A stretch of DNA of 64,000 bases from Auanema rhodensis. Taxonomy: Eukaryota; Animalia; Nematoda. Numbering within the stretch: position 1 is the stretch's first letter; each line of letters opens with the position of its first letter. Below are positions 39,801 to 48,229 of this stretch, one piece after another. The notes under the pieces are model-generated. The model did not search any database. It saw only the letters and a program-made list of their open reading frames with translations, and was not told the origin of the DNA. The position numbers were made by a program, and so were the translations under genes. The stretch is taken from NCBI GenBank assembly GCA_964057225.1, contig OZ059895.1, positions 13,206,001 to 13,270,000 on the forward strand, given 5' to 3'.

Positions 39801-42800
39801 AGAAATTGCTTACTCACTTGCGGAAATACCTACTACGTTAGCTACAGGAGAAACAACACCATCTTTAGAAGAATACTTATATCAACTCATGCCACCAAGA
39901 AAACCAAGACTCACCAAGACACGAAACGATTTAGAACTGTACGAACAACTAGCACAAGCAAAAATTATCCTGAACGCAATAAATAATCCGAAGAAGCTAC
40001 ATTCAAAAGAAGAATACGAAGCAGAAATGAAGAAATGGATCAAATATGAAAAAGAACTGAACTTACCACCATTACAACTGCCAAACTACACAGTTATCTT
40101 CGATGGCGACGATATATTCTACGGCTTCCGAAAAAGAAATCCTACAAATTATAGCATTACACAAGAGGATAGTGAAAAATTTTATAATCATTATCTACCC
40201 CTTATCAGTACTCCCGGAACACGACCTTTTGCAACCACAATTAGAAGCACTTCGACCCCCCTACAAACTACTACTACAACCACTACCACGACCCCTAAGC
40301 CTACAACCATAAGGAACGTCATCACTTCGACAATCACACCCAAAACACATATATCCACAACAACTAGACCCAAACCAACAATACCCACGTCTTCATCAAC
40401 TACTACTACTACTACCACTACTACTACTACTACTTCTACTACTGCTAGACCCAGATCAACAACAACCACAACACCTACAACAACCACAACTATATTCACC
40501 ACTCATCGACCAACACAATCATTCTCCACCCCCCAATCTACATTCAATATTACTACAAACCCAATCACAATCACCTCAAGCCAGGAATACAATAGGAAAG
40601 AATCACTCACCAAGTCACCGCCTCCAAGAACTACAAAAAGATCTATCACTACCACTCGCAGCACACTTGAAGAAATATCATCACATATTGGTAAGAAAGC
40701 TCACGTAGACTACCTTAAAGCTAAGAACGATATCGTCCAAAAATGGAATGAACATCTTCATCAACAAGAAACGCAATCTCATCTACAATATGCCACTACC
40801 AATCTGGAAGATGATATCATACGTACGTTCACAACAAACAGAAACAACATCTGCCACGTACAAAATAAACAACTACTTACCTGGTGGGCTATTCTTCAAA
40901 TAAATCCTACTATAGGGATGCGTACAATGCTACGACGACAGGATATATCTGCAAGATTCATAAATGATAAACTAATTTATGTAATGCCATGCACACCAAT
41001 TCAAATTACAAAAACATACCGCGATCACAAAGTCAACAGCACGTGTTTCCTGGAAACCCCAGTCGAAACGGAACATCACGGCCAACTGTTCATCCTACCA
41101 GGTACAAGAGACCTCACACCGATGGCACATGCCATACCATGCGGATTCACAATCAAGGATCCCTGGAAAGAAAACGATCAATGGACTAATAATAACCAAT
41201 CAATAAATGTAACATCACCAGCATACATCGACGAGTTAGGATCAATCAACCTAGAACATATCAAGTTTAATGGAAGCAACATTTTCAACAATCTAACAGA
41301 ATCAACGTTTCCTATGGCACTAGCAATATCATATGGATCCAGCTTAGCAACGCTACAGGCTACTTTACCAGGAAGAATAAAACCTGTAATCAAACAAAGA
41401 TTAATTCCTAACATGAACCCTGTTACCCTAACAGCAGGAGCAGCCAGCAGCTTACTACTCAGCTACGAACATACAAAAGAAGCTATAACTTGGAAAATGT
41501 TTGACTTTCTGTCACCAATATGGGAAAAGATTCAAACCTGGACACTACGCGTACTTGCTATCATTGGATCAATCATCATAACAATTGGCATAATCACACT
41601 CGCCACCTGGATAATAAAAATATACGCATGTAGTTCAAGGATACCCATCAACAATGTCAAATGGGAAGCAGAATACTTACAACCACTATCAACTGAGAAC
41701 ACAAGAACAGAAACATCTCATCCTTCTCCGTCCGCTCCATACGTCGACAACCATCACAACAGCTGTCAACTCACATTGTATGATCCTTCAGCACCAATTC
41801 CTGAACACATTTATGAAGCTTATTTCCCTACAAGCATGAAGAAAGAAAACATAAACTACATAGGAGGATCACAATTACCGTTTGTCCCAATTTCAATCCA
41901 CAATCACATCTTTAAGGCACTATGGGACACGGGAGCATCAGCATCATACATGCGAGAATCCACCTTCAAACAACTGCCCGCTGCAACGATGGTACTAAAA
42001 CAAACAACAGCGATAGTCGCGAATAAATCTAAATTCTCATTTATGGGATACACAAGGATCCTCATAACAATAGGAACAACAGAAACAGAACACAAATTTT
42101 ATGTAGCAGAAGATAACTACTGTCCAGCACCAGTGTTACTTGGAATAGACTTCATGGAAGCATTACATCAACAAGGAATTTACACCTCACTTCGACCGCT
42201 GGATAAAACAATTGTTATCGGCACAACACATGTTCCACTAGCACGAGAAACATCTCCGTGGGAACACCAGACCACGAAAGCATATGTGGTTAGCTTAGAA
42301 AACAAAACGCTAAGACCAGGAGAAACAAGAACGCTCACGCTAGAAGTACACGATCCAGAAAGCTATGAACAGGCGTTTCTAGATTGTAAGAAACCAGGCA
42401 ACAAACTCTCTTTCACGCCTACTATATTTACGCCCACTGGATACGGAGTACAAATTTACGCGACGAACATATGCAAACAGCCACTCGAAATTCAAATGAA
42501 CCAAGAAATAGGGATAGCAGAAGCGATACCAAAGGACAACCAAGAAAAATACGAAGGACAATACATACTTCCGGAAGCTCGATGGGAAGAGCAACTGCCA
42601 TATTTCCCAGACAAGTTCATCAATGAGCTTGACCTTTCAGAAGCCTGCTTCTCACAAATCGAACAACAGCAACTGAAAGAAATAATTTTACTACATAAAC
42701 AAGCGTTTCTCAACGAAGATAGAAATATCGGACTCTTCCTAGGACCAATTGAACACTCCATTCCAATCATGCCAGGAAAAACACCATCATTCAAAATTAC

Positions 42801-45800
42801 TTATCGTATACCACTCTCCCAACAAGAAGAAGTAGAGAAACAAATAGAAGAAATGCTACAACAAAGAATCATTGAACCATCAAACTCAATGACAACTAGT
42901 CCAGTAATTTTGGTGAAGAAGAAAGACAAAACTTATAGATTTGTAACGGACTTTCGAGCTCTGAATGCAATCACTCAGAAACAAGTATATGTCATATCAA
43001 ACATACAGGACATCCTAGATTTGGCCGCTGGAGCAAGGATCTTCAGCAACTTTGATTTAGTATCTGGATTTTTCCAAATACCTCTTAAGAAAGAAGATCG
43101 TCATCTTACAGCTTTCACAACAACAAGTGGAACTTACCAATATTGTCGAATGCCGATGGGATTATGTGGATCACCCCATACTTTTCAAAACGCAGTACGA
43201 TACCTGCAATCAATGGTTAAATGCAAGCTATTCGTATATCTAGATGATTTACTGTTAATCTCTGAATCTACGACAGCACATTTAAAAGATATTGAAGAAG
43301 TTTTGGAAGCAGTAACTCAAATAGGATTCAAAATAAAACTGAAGAAATGCGCATTCGCAAGAAAGGAAGTAAAATTTCTAGGATACATAGTTGGACAAGA
43401 AGGAATTAAACCGGACCCACATAAAATTAAGGCAATACAAGATTATCCCCAACCAAAATCAACAACAGGAGTAAGAGCTTTCATGGGAGTAGTAAACTAC
43501 TTCAGAAGGTTCATAAAGAACGCTGCAGGAATAGCAACACCACTCTACAACCTCACTCGGAAAGACACTCCGTTCAAATGGACAGAAGAAGAAGAAATTG
43601 CTTTTAATACTTTGAAGAAAACATTGACTCAAGCACCTGTGTTACAAGCACCAATCCCGAAACGACCATATGTTATTGAAAGTGATGGAAGTATGATAGC
43701 AGTTGGCGCTGTACTACTTCAAGCGAAAGACGATCAAGAACCATTACATCCAATAGCTTTTGCTAGTCGGAAACTCAACAAAGCTGAAAGGAATTATCCA
43801 CCAATAGAAGTAGAAGCATTAGCTCTTACATTCGCCGTCAAACAATTTCGCACCTACATACTAGGAACAGCAACCAAAATTATCACGGACCATGGACCAC
43901 TCACTAGTTTAATGACTAGAAAGGATTTAATAGGTCGTTTAGCAAAATTTCAAATTGTTTTACAAGAATACGATATTGAAATTATCTACAGACCAGGAAA
44001 ATTAAACAGTGTATGTGACGCATTATCACGATATTTTGAAGATGAAATCAACGAAGCAAAACCACCAGCAAAGAAGAAAAACGAAAGAAAAACGACGGAA
44101 GATACTATTCATCAGATAAACACCTTCACGATAGCAGATATTCGATCAGTTCAGAATCAATCAAATTGGATAAAAGAAACTATGGATAAAATAAAGAATA
44201 ATACAGCTGGACGACAACTGACGGACAGATATATTGTGTACAACGATGTACTATACTCAAAACCAAAAAGAAGCCTACAAGTACCACGAACAATTTTACC
44301 ACGAGAAGAGCACATAATTAATCCAATTATGAAGAAATTTCATGAAGATCCGACACTCGGAGCTCATCTAGGAATAAACAAAACAATGGACTCAATATCG
44401 AGACGATTTACATGGACTGGAATGCAAGAAGACATTACAAACTACATCAACAGATGTCTTGCTTGTGCGAAAAGAAAGAACAACCCTCACGAAGCAACGG
44501 TGGAACCAATGAAAAATTTTCCAACATCAACAAAACCATGGCAAGTACACATGGATATACTCGGACCATTACCTAGGACAGAACAAGAAAACAGATATGT
44601 TCTTTCAATTCAAGATTCTTTTTCAAAATGGATAATCGCAATTCCGCTAATCAGACAAACATCAGAAGAAATTATATCAGCTATCGAAAAATATCTCTTT
44701 TATGTTTTTGGACCACCTGTTACTATCATCACAGACAATGGATCTAATTTTATTTCAAACGATTTCACTACTATGTGCAGTAATTTTGGAACTACACACC
44801 ACACTACTATGCCGTATTACAAAAACGCTAACGGACAAGTAGAAAGATTGCATCGGACGATCGAAGAAGCATTAACAGCCTACGTTAATGACGAACAAAA
44901 CGATTGGGATAAGATACTTCCGAAGATTATTTTTACACTCAACAGATTACCAAACGCCACCACTAAAACATCACCATACGAATGTTTGTTTGGACAAGTA
45001 GCACGTCTACCCATTGACAAAAACTTGGAAACACCGGAAGAACAAAATATCACGGATCAGCTCAAAAACTTAAGAGATATTCAAGAAAAAGTCAAGGAAA
45101 AGATTGCCACCAACGAAGAAAGAATGAAGCAGAAATACGATCAAGCACATAGGACAAAAGAAAGAATATTGGATATAGGAGATCGAGTATTTGTACAAAG
45201 AGCGAACCCAAGCAACAAATTACAAATACGAAGAGATGGACCTTACCGGATAGTGACAATTGAAGGAAACAACATCAGCATAACGGACCAAGATGGAAAT
45301 ATTATAAAAGCTCACAAAAATAACATACGTTATTTTCCACCAGACGATAATCTTATATCAACAAGAAATAATGAAGAAGAGGAAGAAGAAGACCAAGACA
45401 TAGCAAACGAAGAAGAAGAAGAAGAAGAAACAAGTTGGAATAATCTGGATGAATGGGAACAAACCAATAATACGGAAAATAACAACAACTGTTACCCAAC
45501 AGGCAGTCCAGATACTCTCGCGCAACTGTTACCTATCACAGGGAATAACAGAGGAATAAACGAAGAAGAAATTGAACATAATTCAGAAACACCTGACGAC
45601 CTTGCTACAGCAAGAAGAATAACAAATTCTAATATACAATTAGAAAATGAATCAACAACAATCGACAGAATTCAAGAGGACCTCAGACAGCTGACACCTT
45701 TCTCTCAAGAAGAAGGTCCTAATCAAAACGATATAGAAGATAATAACGCAAAAACATACGAAAAGCTACGAGATCAATTCAAGAATGAAAACAGAAAGGA

Positions 45801-46050
45801 GCTATTTGAGGACAGAAACAAAAACTCACCAGCAATCAAAAATTGGAACACTACACTTGCCGCAGCACTAGGAATAGGAAATGAAAACTCACGCCCGTAT
45901 CATGTTAAACTACAACCCAAAAGAAAAACACAAGACGAAGAAATCAGAAGTAATGGAGAATTGGAACTACATGGAAAAGCGGATCAAAGCAAAAAGCAGC
46001 AGAATAAATCTCCAACGCAAAACAAAGGAGAACAAGTACGAAACTTTTAA
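36853..46050 (+). CDS. Gag-Env-Pol polyprotein (3065 aa): capsid-like Gag, class III fusion glycoprotein, aspartic protease, RT, RNase H, integrase
   Basis: Gag APRYDG...LKQLPTESVQSF...FTWGLRPEI; signal peptide 38563-38619; furin-type RSRR 39367-39378; gB-like LQY...C.VQ...INPT...ISARF...MPC from 40780; TM 41551-41616; LWDTGAS (DTG 41926-41934); YLDD 43237-43248; RNase H ESDGS...EALA...TDH; HHCC, D-D-E and GPY integrase motifs. Confidence 0.96.
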   Translation: MLPNTGPKPPLDPAATSNIIRRKRQPPATYSPPSAKQAKLSIKTKSMVIHTPRHRGIQKQFTNPKSHEKTKKQKTDIVERNTLEKKIIPNIKPIPKNIASKGNPQNPPTNTIPNTINPINPLIATPRRSNTPTTQKSPTPALSSTTPAVSSSPPLRNSPSSIDHSTSGHSLSPSLPSQTNQANTFVAENKRINPRMDPMDEGAPLTQTSGRAPVPTPTIIPQPAAIPSAIRDIKAPRYDGKTPFNRYLLYLDEHFNATRTTMPERLQSIQLLLEDDRAREAYRKLTTEDKRLGWDHVKKRLSEMITPEKQRERAMHRLHGLKQLPTESVQSFATRCSNEAYSAMDMNNESELNMLRSTFTWGLRPEISEHVSRLDPPNFEEAYEMALREELFIQNRPPSFVNNMEKSFNNLNIRDSKDNNQYQRNESKDFKGTKPMYNGNGKPHNRYPDRYNNQYRPHQHQYRNHNSRFSQNKGSRQNYFDRSRNRSQERPYYRNRDQNYSGHNNRRQSNNHEQYPSQYNRSQYNNYRSRPRSTSNGPERYRERTQSPGVRFQVNNVTENKVPNNKRKSTPFLPLFITIIALIINTCSAETTYQLCTGNRGGIYVEPPSPTACRSTAPTNNHIQKTTAELFIQNLQPKEWEAWKCAIETYQLCIHDVFFIRETNVSLAKVSPTTLQECSSAIKERIFNGTNLQREAPGLYGTPFPETTITNGIWKQECEQRTRFIAERGHMTSLQDNTVLSDIFINDNGCTSDKGQCLTNNALIIWTPPSEKHSCSYTSLGSHEVFISEDTILIPGIQSAFILNNKTPEKEASSCLQKDIFTTNSGTLISFNSTSSLGRSRRHAITEYPKGFLTVHQYPSLRYSASKTGTILLYTTYIQRKRLDIHYNLNNITNMLPKYIAIFKYLGINFDVIKNRLIWHKYEDVNIAILHALGEAEIREATKIAIDNLSYKELTHKLSKRITIKDFKKILPTKTGDYYEIAKEIAYSLAEIPTTLATGETTPSLEEYLYQLMPPRKPRLTKTRNDLELYEQLAQAKIILNAINNPKKLHSKEEYEAEMKKWIKYEKELNLPPLQLPNYTVIFDGDDIFYGFRKRNPTNYSITQEDSEKFYNHYLPLISTPGTRPFATTIRSTSTPLQTTTTTTTTTPKPTTIRNVITSTITPKTHISTTTRPKPTIPTSSSTTTTTTTTTTTTSTTARPRSTTTTTPTTTTTIFTTHRPTQSFSTPQSTFNITTNPITITSSQEYNRKESLTKSPPPRTTKRSITTTRSTLEEISSHIGKKAHVDYLKAKNDIVQKWNEHLHQQETQSHLQYATTNLEDDIIRTFTTNRNNICHVQNKQLLTWWAILQINPTIGMRTMLRRQDISARFINDKLIYVMPCTPIQITKTYRDHKVNSTCFLETPVETEHHGQLFILPGTRDLTPMAHAIPCGFTIKDPWKENDQWTNNNQSINVTSPAYIDELGSINLEHIKFNGSNIFNNLTESTFPMALAISYGSSLATLQATLPGRIKPVIKQRLIPNMNPVTLTAGAASSLLLSYEHTKEAITWKMFDFLSPIWEKIQTWTLRVLAIIGSIIITIGIITLATWIIKIYACSSRIPINNVKWEAEYLQPLSTENTRTETSHPSPSAPYVDNHHNSCQLTLYDPSAPIPEHIYEAYFPTSMKKENINYIGGSQLPFVPISIHNHIFKALWDTGASASYMRESTFKQLPAATMVLKQTTAIVANKSKFSFMGYTRILITIGTTETEHKFYVAEDNYCPAPVLLGIDFMEALHQQGIYTSLRPLDKTIVIGTTHVPLARETSPWEHQTTKAYVVSLENKTLRPGETRTLTLEVHDPESYEQAFLDCKKPGNKLSFTPTIFTPTGYGVQIYATNICKQPLEIQMNQEIGIAEAIPKDNQEKYEGQYILPEARWEEQLPYFPDKFINELDLSEACFSQIEQQQLKEIILLHKQAFLNEDRNIGLFLGPIEHSIPIMPGKTPSFKITYRIPLSQQEEVEKQIEEMLQQRIIEPSNSMTTSPVILVKKKDKTYRFVTDFRALNAITQKQVYVISNIQDILDLAAGARIFSNFDLVSGFFQIPLKKEDRHLTAFTTTSGTYQYCRMPMGLCGSPHTFQNAVRYLQSMVKCKLFVYLDDLLLISESTTAHLKDIEEVLEAVTQIGFKIKLKKCAFARKEVKFLGYIVGQEGIKPDPHKIKAIQDYPQPKSTTGVRAFMGVVNYFRRFIKNAAGIATPLYNLTRKDTPFKWTEEEEIAFNTLKKTLTQAPVLQAPIPKRPYVIESDGSMIAVGAVLLQAKDDQEPLHPIAFASRKLNKAERNYPPIEVEALALTFAVKQFRTYILGTATKIITDHGPLTSLMTRKDLIGRLAKFQIVLQEYDIEIIYRPGKLNSVCDALSRYFEDEINEAKPPAKKKNERKTTEDTIHQINTFTIADIRSVQNQSNWIKETMDKIKNNTAGRQLTDRYIVYNDVLYSKPKRSLQVPRTILPREEHIINPIMKKFHEDPTLGAHLGINKTMDSISRRFTWTGMQEDITNYINRCLACAKRKNNPHEATVEPMKNFPTSTKPWQVHMDILGPLPRTEQENRYVLSIQDSFSKWIIAIPLIRQTSEEIISAIEKYLFYVFGPPVTIITDNGSNFISNDFTTMCSNFGTTHHTTMPYYKNANGQVERLHRTIEEALTAYVNDEQNDWDKILPKIIFTLNRLPNATTKTSPYECLFGQVARLPIDKNLETPEEQNITDQLKNLRDIQEKVKEKIATNEERMKQKYDQAHRTKERILDIGDRVFVQRANPSNKLQIRRDGPYRIVTIEGNNISITDQDGNIIKAHKNNIRYFPPDDNLISTRNNEEEEEEDQDIANEEEEEEETSWNNLDEWEQTNNTENNNNCYPTGSPDTLAQLLPITGNNRGINEEEIEHNSETPDDLATARRITNSNIQLENESTTIDRIQEDLRQLTPFSQEEGPNQNDIEDNNAKTYEKLRDQFKNENRKELFEDRNKNSPAIKNWNTTLAAALGIGNENSRPYHVKLQPKRKTQDEEIRSNGELELHGKADQSKKQQNKSPTQNKGEQVRNF

Positions 46051-46254
46051 TTAACTAACAAAAATCGTAGAATTGTAAAAATAATTTTTCTTTCTTTCGT
46101 ATAGTACATTAAACATAAGACATAGATCAAAAACCACCGAAATTCTAATTTCTATCTTTTAATTTTAACAAATTGTAACAATCACTGAAAAAACAAACTA
46201 TATAAAGAGAAAATTTTGATAGAGAAAAATTCAATAACACTTTTCTTACTCAAA

Positions 46255-46899
46255 ATGACCTCCTCTCTCGCCAACGTCACACTCTCTACATTCCTCGCAA
46301 CTCCAACACCACTGGTCCCTCTAGCGACCACTATTGAACAAGAATGGATAGAGGTAGAAAACCTTCGTGAAGGTCTTCTACCTATCAACTGCATGAAGCC
46401 CAACTTAGGACCAATAATAAGCCTCCAAACGAGCAAATTGGAAAAGAAGACACAGCACATCCTATTTATGATGGAACTATTGGAGGAGAAAACCAAAAAC
46501 TATAAGGAAAACGATCTGAAGGAGCTTCGCCAGCATCAAAAGAAATGGACAGAAGGATGTTCTCTCAGCCAGAAAGAGAACAGAATCCGACACATAATGC
46601 TGGGACAACCCGCCAGAACGCAGACCACAGCTGACATCTACAAAGCAATGCCGACGTGGACAACACAGATGACACAACAAGCTGTAGGAAATAGCGGAAC
46701 CGAAGAAGAAGCATCGTGGATAGAGATAGGGCAAGACCTATCAGTAGTAATCAAAAAACTACTGACAAAAAGGACTACCAACATGTCCGCATCAAAAAGT
46801 AAGGCAAAAGCAGTTAGCCAAACCATCAGAACAATGGAGCTGCTTGGACTAGCATCAATGACGGAAATGATCCAGGAAATTGACCAACTGGCGGATTAA
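46255..46899 (+). CDS. Accessory ORF2 of element A (214 aa from first ATG), unknown and probably helical
   Basis: Open frame between pol and the 3' LTR; positional and weak sequence homologue of element B ORF2. Confidence 0.75.
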   Translation: MTSSLANVTLSTFLATPTPLVPLATTIEQEWIEVENLREGLLPINCMKPNLGPIISLQTSKLEKKTQHILFMMELLEEKTKNYKENDLKELRQHQKKWTEGCSLSQKENRIRHIMLGQPARTQTTADIYKAMPTWTTQMTQQAVGNSGTEEEASWIEIGQDLSVVIKKLLTKRTTNMSASKSKAKAVSQTIRTMELLGLASMTEMIQEIDQLAD

Positions 46900-47088
46900 A
46901 GAAGAGAGGAAAGGTTTAAATCATTTATAAAATTCTATCTCTTAAAATTTTTTCTCTTTATCAATAGTTTGTTGAAAAATTTGCTTTATCTCATGCCATT
47001 TTATTTTTTTTTATTTTTTTTATTTTTCTCTCTTAATTATTATTTGCATATAACAGCTGAGGTCAGCTGACTTGTATTCGTTGGGGCA

Positions 47089-47513
47089 TGTTACATACAT
47101 ATCTCAAAGGAAAGCAGCTGACCATGGCAGCTGCTATTATTAAACTAATGCAGATAGTTTTTAAGCAATTCTGAGAATATTCTAGATGCACTTTTTATAA
47201 GCTTTGTAACAATTTGTGTAAACTGAGTAGGAGTTGTATGGATATATAAACCTGAGTCCTCAAGACTCAGGCATCTCATTATCTCATTATCTCATTATCT
47301 TACTTTCTCTTTATCTTCTTTATATTCTCTTTCTTAACTCTAGCTTAAATCTTTGTATAATTATATTATAATGCGAACAATAAACCTTTATATATTTGAT
47401 CTCTTGTTTCTTATTTCACCTTACATTACACACTTATATTTAAAATCATACTCATCGTCTCATAATCTGTTTGGATATCTCAACTTGGAACCATTGAGAA
47501 TCTAAATGGAACG
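47089..47513 (+). repeat. Element A 3' LTR
   Basis: 425-bp direct repeat of 35184-35608. Confidence 0.96.
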
Positions 47514-47581
47514 TAACATGAAATTGGAAAAAAAACAATAACGAGGATAAGTATGTAAATCATTGAATATCAGGTATTTTC

Positions 47582-47700
47582 GCTTACGACCATACCACGT
47601 TGAAAGTACGCCATCCCGTCCGATCTGGCAAGTCAAGCAACGTTGGGCCCGGTTAGTACTTGGATCGGAGACGGCTTGGGAATCCCGGGTGCCGTAAGCT
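47582..47700 (+). rRNA. 5S rRNA immediately downstream of element A
   Basis: 119-nt consensus copy. Confidence 0.96.
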
Positions 47701-47744
47701 TTTCAATTTTTTTTAACGATCATACCACGTTGAAAGTACGCAAT

Positions 47745-48026
47745 GCAGCTGATTTTCAATTTTATCTCTTCCGTAACAAATGTTTTTAATTTTCTAGCAG
47801 TTTTACTTAGATAGCTCAACCCAAGGCATCAAAATATCTTCAATCTTATTTCTATATTACAGTTATAAACCAGTAGTTTATGAACCTTCATCTTAACTTT
47901 ACTGTTTCTATCTATTTCCTATTGAAACAAACATTGTTTTAACACTATACAACTGTGAAACCTTTTTTAATTTATTGTATTTGGAGCTCATAAGATTTGA
48001 TATCATCGAGGAATTTAGATGTAACG
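47745..48026 (+). mobile_element. Putative decayed LTR relic forming most of the 5S spacer (representative unit)
   Basis: Collinear matches to the LTRs of A and B: GCAGCTG, GTTTTTAA, TATAAACC(A/C)GTAG, TTAACTTTACT-GTTT, ATTTCCTATTG and the terminal GAAT(T/C)TA(G/A)ATG(T/G)AACG. Confidence 0.55.
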
Positions 48027-48110
48027 TAGAAAATTACATAACTAACATGAAATTGGAAAAAAAACAATAACGAGGATAAGTATGTAAATCATTGAATATC
48101 AGATATTTTC

Positions 48111-48229
48111 GCTTACGACCATACCACGTTGAAAGTACGCCATCCCGTCCGATCTGGCAAGTCAAGCAACGTTGGGCCCGGTTAGTACTTGGATCGGAGA
48201 CGGCTTGGGAATCCCGGGTGCCGTAAGCT
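48111..48229 (+). rRNA. 5S rRNA
   Basis: 119-nt consensus copy. Confidence 0.96.

Larger units (their letters stand above)
35184..47513 (+). mobile_element. Element A: full-length Ty3/Gypsy-type LTR retroelement with internal env (12,330 bp)
   Basis: 425-bp direct LTRs, TSD TAAC (35180-35183 / 47514-47517), PBS, intact 3065-aa ORF with PR-RT-RH-IN order. Confidence 0.97.

Noticed and set aside
36853-46050. Classification as BEL/Pao (which includes known env-bearing nematode elements) or as a non-LTR R element
   Set aside because: RT (SPVILVKKKD..RFVTDFRALN, YLDD), RNase H, GPY integrase and lack of Gag Cys-His clusters are Ty3/Gypsy-type, and LTRs are present.
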